The notes under the pieces: generated by a model
What the model saw: only the letters and a program-made list of their open reading frames with translations
Databases searched by the model: none
Told to the model about the DNA's origin: nothing
Assembly (NCBI GenBank): GCA_030429235.1
Contig: JAUIDB010000010.1
Location: 13,334 to 77,333, forward strand
Origin: Thermoanaerobaculia bacterium
GTDB lineage: Bacteria > Acidobacteriota > Thermoanaerobaculia > Multivoradales > JAIOJS01
DNA length: 64,000 nt
Direction: 5' to 3'
Position numbers and translations under genes: made by a program
In this document: one piece after another, positions 44,000 to 51,423 of the stretch
How positions within the stretch are numbered: the stretch's first letter is position 1
Layout of the letters: the number at the start of each line of letters is the position of its first letter

Positions 44000-45385
44000 T
44001 CAGCCGAGGAGGCCGTCCGGATTCCAGGTGCGGCGCACCCGGTGGAGTCGCTCGAGGTCGACTCCTCCGCTGGCGCCGCGCCGCTCGCTTTCGTCTGAGT
44101 CCTCGGTCAGAAAGTTGACGTAGCCACCACGCTGCGATCGGGCGTGGACCTGGGTCCAGAAGTCCCGAACCCAACGGAGGTTGGCCTCGTCTTCCGACGG
44201 GTCGGTCCAGGCGGTGGCGATCACGACGATGTACCGAGCATCGCGGTGTCCGGCGGCCGAGTGCTGGGCCGAAACCCGGGCGACCGCGCCCCCCAGCTCG
44301 AAGACCTTGATGTTGGCGGCGGGGGAGGGCAGCTGCTGGAGCGCGCGGAGCAGAATCGCCTGCAGCTCGTCATCGAGTTCGCCGATGTACTCGGACTTCC
44401 AGTAGTTGCGCCGCCCGTCGGGCTCGCCGGCGTCGAACATCGCCTGGAACTGTCCGAACCGGCGGGGTTCGAAGAGGTCGGCGGCCAGGCCGGGCCCGAT
44501 GCGGAGCGGCGCGAGGTCGGTGGCAGCCTGCTCGAGATCGTCGCCACTATGGCAGCCGATGGTGGCAGCGCAGGGCTGGCCGTGGAGGTCGGCTTCCAGG
44601 AACGGGGCGGCCGGAGCCGCGCCGAGCTTCAATAGGCAGGTCAGTTCCTCGGGCCGGTTGCGCTCCCGCGAGCGGAACCGTCGAAATGCCGCTTCCGCGT
44701 CGCGGTGGAAGACCACTCCGGCCAGCACCTCGTGGTCGAGGCGGTGCGACCGGAAGTGGAAGGTGGTGACGACGCCTAGACCGCCGCCGCCGCCCCGGAG
44801 CGCCCAGAGGAGCTCGGGGTGGCTGTCGGCGTCGACGCGCACGGCTTCACCGGTGGCGGTGACCAGGTCGACCGCCTCGAGGTGGTCGCAGGTCAAGCCC
44901 CAGCGGCGGGAGAGCCAGCCGAAACCACCCCCGAGGGTGAGGCCGGCGATCCCGGTGGCCGAGACGATGCCGCTGGGGACGACGCGGCCGTGCGGCAGCG
45001 TGCCGGCGTCGAGGTCTCCCAAGGTGGCCCCCGGTTCCACGACGACGCGCTCACCTTCGATCCGCACCCCGCGGCGGTGGCCCTGGTAGACCACCACTCC
45101 TCCGTCAGCGAGGGCCCGTCCACCGATATTGTGTCCGCCACCCCGGACGCTGAGCGGCAAAGCATGGGTCCGGGCGAAGCGAACACACTCCTGCACGTCG
45201 GAGACGTCGTCGCAGCGCACGATGAGTTGCGGCTGACGCTCGATCATGGCGTTCCAGAGGGTGCATGCCGTGGGGTAGCCCGGATCCTCTGGGGTCAGGG
45301 CCTCGCCGCCCAGACGCGAACGCAGGGCCTCCAGGCCCTCCAGGGGGTGTGACGTCAAGGGGCTCGTAGGGGGTGTTTCGCGCAT
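44000..45385 (-). CDS. FAD-linked oxidase (FAD_binding_4 / berberine-bridge-enzyme-like)
   Basis: PLSVRGGGHNIGGRAL, GATLGDLD, TGIAGLTLGGGFGWLSRRWG, and a C-terminal BBE-like YVNFL...RLHRVRRTWNPDGLL. Start re-set to ATG 45385 with a GAGGAG RBS. Confidence 0.85.
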   Translation of the reverse strand: MRETPPTSPLTSHPLEGLEALRSRLGGEALTPEDPGYPTACTLWNAMIERQPQLIVRCDDVSDVQECVRFARTHALPLSVRGGGHNIGGRALADGGVVVYQGHRRGVRIEGERVVVEPGATLGDLDAGTLPHGRVVPSGIVSATGIAGLTLGGGFGWLSRRWGLTCDHLEAVDLVTATGEAVRVDADSHPELLWALRGGGGGLGVVTTFHFRSHRLDHEVLAGVVFHRDAEAAFRRFRSRERNRPEELTCLLKLGAAPAAPFLEADLHGQPCAATIGCHSGDDLEQAATDLAPLRIGPGLAADLFEPRRFGQFQAMFDAGEPDGRRNYWKSEYIGELDDELQAILLRALQQLPSPAANIKVFELGGAVARVSAQHSAAGHRDARYIVVIATAWTDPSEDEANLRWVRDFWTQVHARSQRGGYVNFLTEDSDESERRGASGGVDLERLHRVRRTWNPDGLLG

Positions 45386-45462
45386 GGTCGGTACTCCTCG
45401 GTTCTGCGGTGGCAAGGTGACGAGAGGAAGGGTAGAGGACTGCTCGCGGCGGGGCCAGTACG

Positions 45463-45495
45463 GTTTCTGTACCTCACCGGTAGCGTTTCTGTACC
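45463..45495. promoter_or_regulatory. Direct repeat GTTTCTGTACC x2 (22-nt period) in the HxlR/oxidase divergent intergenic region (candidate operator)
   Basis: Copies at 45463-45473 and 45485-45495. The first copy is embedded in GTAC-N7-GTAC. Confidence 0.3.
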
Positions 45496-45590
45496 GCGAC
45501 TTCGCCCCGCAGGCGGCACAAAGCGCCATCGCGAGGCAGGGATGGGTGGGTTCGGGTGCATTTTGGCGAGGATCGGTCTACGATCGGTGC

Positions 45591-46274
45591 ATGCCCGGAT
45601 ATGGCCAGTTCTGTCCAGTGGCGAAGGCGTCGGAGGTCCTCGCCGAGCGTTGGACTCCGCTCGTCGTCCGCGAACTGCTGTCGGGGAGCCACCGCTTCAA
45701 CGAACTGCAGCGAGGCGTCCCGCTGATGTCGCGTTCCTTGCTCTCCAAGCGCTTGAAGGAACTCGAACGGGCGGGAGTGGTCGAGCGCCGGAAGCTGGCC
45801 GGTCAGGGCACCCACGAGTACTACCTCACACCGGCGGGAGAGGAACTCCGCCCGATCATCGAGGGCCTGGGAGTGTGGGGCCAGCGTTGGGTACGCCAGG
45901 CGGTCGAACCGGAGGATCTCGATCCCGCGCTCCTGATGTGGGACATTCGGCGCCGAGTGCTCTGTGACGAGATCGAGGGCCGTCGCGTCGTCACCCGGTT
46001 CGACTTCCTCGGCGTACCGGCCGCGAAACGGCGTTGGTGGCTGGTCGTCAGTGGCGACGGCTGCGATCTCTGTCTCACGGATCCCGGATTCGAAGTGCAG
46101 CTCTTCCTCGAGGTCGGGATTCAGCCGCTGACCCACTACTGGCTGGGTCGGATCGAGTGGCGCCAACTGGTGGCGACCGACGGTTTTGCCCTCGAGGGGC
46201 CGACCTGGGCGCGACGTTCGTTGCCAAAGTGGTTGGGCCGCAGCAGCACCGCCCCCTACGCTCGTCACGACTAA
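45591..46274 (+). CDS. HxlR-family transcriptional regulator with C-terminal extension
   Basis: Start re-set to ATG 45591. CPVAKASEVLAERWTPLVVRELLSGSHRFNELQRGVPLMSRSLLSKRLKELERAGVVERR is a classic HxlR winged helix. Confidence 0.8.
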   Translation: MPGYGQFCPVAKASEVLAERWTPLVVRELLSGSHRFNELQRGVPLMSRSLLSKRLKELERAGVVERRKLAGQGTHEYYLTPAGEELRPIIEGLGVWGQRWVRQAVEPEDLDPALLMWDIRRRVLCDEIEGRRVVTRFDFLGVPAAKRRWWLVVSGDGCDLCLTDPGFEVQLFLEVGIQPLTHYWLGRIEWRQLVATDGFALEGPTWARRSLPKWLGRSSTAPYARHD

Positions 46275-46385
46275 ACCTGGGCGATCCCCATAGAGTGGCC
46301 CCGGGAATGGTGGGTTGCGGGGAGCATGTTCATGCGCTTTCGTTGCCTGGGAGCGAGCGGCCATCATGGGGCGAGAGGAGGTCCC

Positions 46386-47627
46386 ATGCACCGAGCACTT
46401 GTTCTCTCCGGAGCGTTCCTGGTTTCGTCGTTCCAGCCCATCTGCGCCGACAGCTACGTCGTCGATACCGAGGCCGACGTCATGGCGACCGGCTGCTCGG
46501 ACATCGTGGTAGGCGACTGTAGCCTGCGCGGTGCGATCCAAAGGGCGAACCAGAATCCCGGGCTCGACGTGATCACCTTCGGCTTCGGGGTGGCCGACGT
46601 TGCGCTGGGAATCGTCGGTTCCTACGAGGATGACAATCAGCAGGGCGATCTGGACATCCTGGAGGAGGTAGTGATCAACGGCGGCGACGTGGTGACGATC
46701 GACGGCAGTCTGATCGGTGATCGAGTGTTCGACGTGATGACCAGCACGACCGTCGAACCGACGATCCTTCAGGGGCTCACAGTGACGGGCGGAGCGGCGC
46801 CGTCGGGAGACTCTCTCTTCGACGGTGGCGGCGTCCGCTGTGACTCTTCTCGGCTCCACCTCGAAGCCGTGGTGCTCGCCGGCAACGGTCCGGTCCGCAA
46901 TGGGGGAGGAGTGTTTGCCCTGTCGTGCGACCTCTCGGTCGTCACTTCCACCCTCGACCACAACACGGCGACCGGTCTGGGAGGTGGACTGCACTTCGAG
47001 TCCGGATCGGATCTTTCGATAGCCCACGTCGCCTTCGTGGCCAACGTCGCCAGCTCGGGGGGTGGGTTGCAAGTGCACTCGGCGAGCGCCACCGTCGAGA
47101 ACACGACCTTCAGCGGCAACGACGCCGACAACGATGGGAGTGCGTTGCAAGTTGCGTTCGGCGAGTTGGAACTGGGCTTCGTGACCGTGGTCGGAGGGAC
47201 CGGCAACAACACTCTGTCCAACGCCGCGTCGGTGGTTTCGACCGTGGCCAACTCGGTGATCGTCGGTACCTGTCAGGGGACCTTCACGACCGAGGGTGGC
47301 AATCTCGAAGCGCCCGGCGACACCTGCGGACTCGACCCTCTCGTCGACCAGTTCTCCGTCGCCGATGCCCTCCTGCAGCCGCTGGGCTTCTACGGGGGGC
47401 GGACGCCCTCCCATGCTCCGCGCTGGGACAGTCCCGCGGTTGACGATCCTCTCGGCGTCATCGCCGACTGTCCCACGGTCGATCAGCGCCTCCAGCCTCG
47501 ACCCGTCGATGGCAACGGGGATAGCATCGTCGGGTGTGATGCCGGCGCCGTCGAAGCGGACGAACTGATCTTCGCCGACGGATTCGAGTCGGGCGACACC
47601 CTCGCCTGGGGGGTTGCCAGCCAGTAG
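46386..47627 (+). CDS. Secreted parallel beta-helix protein with C-terminal FADGFESGD tail
   Basis: Start re-set to ATG 46386 with an AGGAGG RBS. Signal peptide. CSLRGAIQRANQNPGLDVITFG opening typical of beta-helix adhesin-like proteins. GGG(V/L) repeats. It ends LIFADGFESGDTLAWGVASQ. Confidence 0.7.
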   Translation: MHRALVLSGAFLVSSFQPICADSYVVDTEADVMATGCSDIVVGDCSLRGAIQRANQNPGLDVITFGFGVADVALGIVGSYEDDNQQGDLDILEEVVINGGDVVTIDGSLIGDRVFDVMTSTTVEPTILQGLTVTGGAAPSGDSLFDGGGVRCDSSRLHLEAVVLAGNGPVRNGGGVFALSCDLSVVTSTLDHNTATGLGGGLHFESGSDLSIAHVAFVANVASSGGGLQVHSASATVENTTFSGNDADNDGSALQVAFGELELGFVTVVGGTGNNTLSNAASVVSTVANSVIVGTCQGTFTTEGGNLEAPGDTCGLDPLVDQFSVADALLQPLGFYGGRTPSHAPRWDSPAVDDPLGVIADCPTVDQRLQPRPVDGNGDSIVGCDAGAVEADELIFADGFESGDTLAWGVASQ

Positions 47628-47634
47628 GAACGTG

Positions 47635-47826
47635 ATGAAGAAGCGAAGGCCCCACGCCCGCGAGCTCCACCGCCGCCGCTACCAGCCTCAGACGGTACCG
47701 GACCGCCGGTCGGAGCATCTGGAAGAGGCGGCCCGCGACGAGATCGAGGAGGCCCTCGAAGAGGTCGCCAAAGATCGTCCGTCCGAGCCGTCGAACCCGA
47801 CGGTCGAAGACGATCAGCCGGGTTGA
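47635..47826 (+). CDS. Hypothetical 63-aa protein, basic N-terminus and acidic C-terminus (weak call)
   Basis: ATG 47635 is preceded by AGGA. MKKRRPHARELHRRRY...EEAARDEIEEALEEVAKD. No family recognised. Confidence 0.25.
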   Translation: MKKRRPHARELHRRRYQPQTVPDRRSEHLEEAARDEIEEALEEVAKDRPSEPSNPTVEDDQPG

Positions 47827-47891
47827 TGCCGGAGGCCCGGCCCCTCTCCTAGGTCACGAAAACGCCAGCGGTTCGCTACAATCGGCACACC

Positions 47892-50132
47892 ATGACCAGC
47901 GGACCAGTCACGGTGGAGACGTTCATCCATATGATGAGCCTCGCCTGGAAGCAGCTCTGGGTCTACCCCGAGGGGCATCCGGCACGGGCGGGAGCGGTGG
48001 GGCGTGCCTTCGCGCAGCTTCGTCTGCTCGTCGCGCCGACGGGGGAACTCGCTCTCGGCATCGATCGCGATGCCCTGGTCTGCGGCGGGGACCGGTTGAC
48101 CGACACCAACGCGCAGCAGGTGGCGGGACAGCTCTTTCGACGCAATGTCGCGGTGGTTCGGTTCCTCGAAGGGGTGGCTCCCGAGGACCTCGAGACCTGG
48201 CTGGCGCTGCTGCACCCGGATCCGTTGAAGAAGCACACCCAGAGGCTCTGGGACGAGGCGGCTCAGGCCGGAGTACAGCAGATCGAGATGGAGCCGGTCG
48301 ACTTTTCCGGCGTGGAAGCGACCGAGGACCTCGAGGCCGAGGTGGAGGAGGGCGAGTCGCCGGTCCAGGGCAACCTGTGGAACCGAATCCTCGCACGGTT
48401 GCTCGAGTCTGGCGCCAAGGGGGGTCCGAGGAAGGCGCGCAGCGGCGGTGGCGGCGGACTGTCCGAGGTCGTGCAGCTGTTGAAGGACTTGATCACGGAG
48501 GGAGAGGGGGAGGCGTCCGAGGGCGACCTGATCGGGGCTCCGGGAGCCTCCGATGGGGAGACGGTCGCCAAGCAGCGCAAGCGTCGAATGCACCATCTGG
48601 CCGAGCACCTCGCTTCGGCTGTGACCGGTCATCTCACCGAAGCGGGTACCGGCGAGCGTCCGGCCGAGGCGGACCTGCGGCAGGTGGCGGAACTGGTCAA
48701 GGCACTGCCCGCGGCGATGCGGCCCCAAGTCCTCGACGCGGCGGTGCGGCGGGTGGCGGGAGCCGAGGACGCCCGGGGTCTGGAACTGATGGCAGCCTCC
48801 AGTTCGGCGGCGGCCGTCGTCGGTTCGTTGCGCCGGTTGCGGGGAGAGGACTTCAGCTTCTCGGAACACGCGCTGTCGATCGTCGATGCCCTGGCCTGGA
48901 AGGAGGCGGGTGGTCTCGAACGCGAACAAGAGCTCTCCGAGGCCCAGCTGCAACATCGAGCCCACGATCTGAAGCGTTTCTTCGCGGCCGAGGACATCGA
49001 CTCCGTGGCCGGGGGAGGAGGGACCAACTCGCTGCTGTTGGAGCTACCGCCCGAGGTCGAGCCGCTGTCCGAGCTACCCCTCGAGATCGAGAACGATCTC
49101 CGCTCGTTGTCGGATCAGCACCAGTCTCGAGCCCTCTCGATGACGCTGCTCGAGTTGATCGCGCGCGCCCGGGAGCCGGAGGCGGCGGACCCCATGATCG
49201 AGCGGTTGGAGACGGTCTTCGCGACCCTCGTCACGGAAGGGCAGCTGACTTCGGCGACCCGAATCGTCGAGGTGCTGCGCGAGATCTCGACCCGTCAGGA
49301 AGAGACCGAGGCGGCGCGCGGGGCCGCCGTTCGTGGGCTGCGGCGCCTGTCGGGGCCGGCGGGGACCACGGCCATGGTGGACTACGTGGCGCGCGTTACC
49401 CACGAGGGATACGAGCGTCCCCAGAAACTGGTCGATGCCTTCGACGGCGCAATGCTCAAGTCGTTGCTGCAAGCGCTGTCGGAGGAGGAGGACATGACGC
49501 GGCGCAAGCGGCTGCTCGGCTTCCTGACCGCTCTGGGAAGCGAGGTAGCAGGCCTGGCTACCACCGCCCTGCAGGACTCGCGCTGGTTCGTGGTGCGCAA
49601 CATGCTGGGTCTACTCCGCGACGTCGGAGGGCCCGAAGCGGTGCCGGCGGTCCGCAAGGCAGCAGGGCACGAAAACCCGAAGGTGCGGCTCGAAGCGATC
49701 AAGACCCTCGCCCAGTTGGACGACGAGCCGCCACGAGACCTGATCGAGCAGCTCCTGGCGGACTCCGATGCCCAGGTGGCGGAACTGGCCACCACGACCC
49801 TGGCGGGCCGGGCCGGAGCCGGGGTCGACAGCCTGGTGGCTCTCCTGCAGAAGAAGGACCCTCTCGGGCGCGGCCGGGCTCAGCGGCTCAAGGCGTTCCG
49901 GACCCTCGGCACGGTGGGCGACCCACGCGCCCTCAAGCCCCTCAAGCGCTACTTCAACCAGTTCTTCGTCTTCGACCACATCAGCGAACGGAGGGCGGCG
50001 TTCGCTTCGCTGGCGGGGTACGAAGCGGAGGCGAGGAAACCCTGGCTCAAGAAGGGACGCAAGTCCAAGGACCCCGAGATCCAAGCGGTCTGTAGCCGCC
50101 TGTGGTCTGAAGATCAGGCGGGAGCGAACTGA
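47892..50132 (+). CDS. HEAT-repeat protein with an N-terminal domain shared with the downstream HD-GYP-like protein
   Basis: C-terminal HEAT/PBS-lyase-type repeats (NPKVRLEAIKTLAQLDD, DSDAQVAELATTTLAG, RLKAFRTLGTVGDPRAL). Its TGA overlaps the next ATG by 1 nt. Confidence 0.75.
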   Translation: MTSGPVTVETFIHMMSLAWKQLWVYPEGHPARAGAVGRAFAQLRLLVAPTGELALGIDRDALVCGGDRLTDTNAQQVAGQLFRRNVAVVRFLEGVAPEDLETWLALLHPDPLKKHTQRLWDEAAQAGVQQIEMEPVDFSGVEATEDLEAEVEEGESPVQGNLWNRILARLLESGAKGGPRKARSGGGGGLSEVVQLLKDLITEGEGEASEGDLIGAPGASDGETVAKQRKRRMHHLAEHLASAVTGHLTEAGTGERPAEADLRQVAELVKALPAAMRPQVLDAAVRRVAGAEDARGLELMAASSSAAAVVGSLRRLRGEDFSFSEHALSIVDALAWKEAGGLEREQELSEAQLQHRAHDLKRFFAAEDIDSVAGGGGTNSLLLELPPEVEPLSELPLEIENDLRSLSDQHQSRALSMTLLELIARAREPEAADPMIERLETVFATLVTEGQLTSATRIVEVLREISTRQEETEAARGAAVRGLRRLSGPAGTTAMVDYVARVTHEGYERPQKLVDAFDGAMLKSLLQALSEEEDMTRRKRLLGFLTALGSEVAGLATTALQDSRWFVVRNMLGLLRDVGGPEAVPAVRKAAGHENPKVRLEAIKTLAQLDDEPPRDLIEQLLADSDAQVAELATTTLAGRAGAGVDSLVALLQKKDPLGRGRAQRLKAFRTLGTVGDPRALKPLKRYFNQFFVFDHISERRAAFASLAGYEAEARKPWLKKGRKSKDPEIQAVCSRLWSEDQAGAN

Positions 50133-51277
50133 TGTCGCGAGGTCTCAACGAGGTGATCTTCTCGGCCACTACCGCGATCAGCGCGCGCTCGATGTACCCG
50201 GTGACCCATCCCAAGTTCGAGGAGGCTCGGGATCGTCTGCTGGGAGCGCTCGAACACGCGATGAAGGAGCGCAAGGCCGACGAGATGACCTTCCTGGTGG
50301 TCGGCGAGGACCTGGTCGAGGGCGACCGGCCGATTCGGCAATCGACCCTCTACATCGAGAGTTTTCTGCGCGCTCTGAAGCGTCACGGAGTCGAGCGGGT
50401 CACCTTTGCGCGCGGGATCACGGTCGAAGAGCTGGCGGGGTTTCTCGCCGGGATGAGTGGTGCCGGCGATCTGCAGACCACGACCCACCTGGTACTCGGT
50501 AAAGTTCGTCTCGAACTCGACTCGGTGGGTGAGGGAGGCGACGGCGAAGGCGAAGGGGAGGAGGGCGATGCCGGGGACCGGGGGCCGGGTCAGGTTCGCG
50601 GATTCTCGGAGCGAGATCTCGACGTGGCCCGAGGGAGTTTCGTGGGGTTCCGGACCGACCGTCAGGGCAGCATCAGGGCGCTGGATTCCGTGATGTGGCA
50701 TCTGATGGAGGGGATGGGCCGAGCGAGTCGCAACCTGCTGCTGTTGGCGCCGCTGAAGGGTGTGGACGACCGGGCCTTCGTGCACGCCATCAACGTCTCC
50801 CTTCTGGTGCTGATGCAGGGCCGATCGTTGGGAATCGGTGGCCAGCCGCTGCATGATCTGGGGATGGCGGCGTTGCTGCACGACATCGGCAAGCTCAGCT
50901 TGCCGCCGGCGATCGTGCAGAAGAAGGAGCCGCTGGACGAGAAGGAGGCAGCGATGCTCCGCCAGCATCCGGAACTGGGAGCGGTGCATCTGAGCGGGGT
51001 TCCGGGTACCTCGACCCTCGCCGTCTTGGTGGCCTACGAACACCATCTTCGTTGGGACGGCAAACCGAGCTATCCGGTCCTGCGGACGCCGCGGCGGCCC
51101 GGCCTCGCTTCGCAGCTGACGGCGGTGGCTGACACCTACGACCTGGCGCACAGCCGCTACGGCAACCCGCGAGGAGCCGCCCGAGCCCGGGCGCTGCAAG
51201 CGGTTGCAGCGCGGTCTGGAACCTTCTTGAATCCCGCTTTGGTACAGAACTTCAGCCGCCTGCTGGCAGCCGACTGA
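50132..51277 (+). CDS. HD-GYP-like metal-dependent phosphohydrolase (GYP degenerate: SYP)
   Basis: HAINVSLL...AALLHDIGKL...LRQHPELG...AYEHHLRWDGKPSYP...VADTYDL. The H/HD/H/HH/D ligands are present, but the HHExxDGxGYP signature reads HHLRWDGKPSYP. Confidence 0.8.
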   Translation: MSRGLNEVIFSATTAISARSMYPVTHPKFEEARDRLLGALEHAMKERKADEMTFLVVGEDLVEGDRPIRQSTLYIESFLRALKRHGVERVTFARGITVEELAGFLAGMSGAGDLQTTTHLVLGKVRLELDSVGEGGDGEGEGEEGDAGDRGPGQVRGFSERDLDVARGSFVGFRTDRQGSIRALDSVMWHLMEGMGRASRNLLLLAPLKGVDDRAFVHAINVSLLVLMQGRSLGIGGQPLHDLGMAALLHDIGKLSLPPAIVQKKEPLDEKEAAMLRQHPELGAVHLSGVPGTSTLAVLVAYEHHLRWDGKPSYPVLRTPRRPGLASQLTAVADTYDLAHSRYGNPRGAARARALQAVAARSGTFLNPALVQNFSRLLAAD

Positions 51278-51423
51278 CCGCCGGTCCGCCGTCTCCACGG
51301 CGCGAGCGGGAACCGTGGGCGGGATTGGTATAGTCAGCGCTCATTACGACCCCGTGCTCATGGCGGTCGCCCGGATCTGGCGGTGGCCTCGGTGAGTGAC
51401 GATCTCGCTGGAAAGGGAACTCC

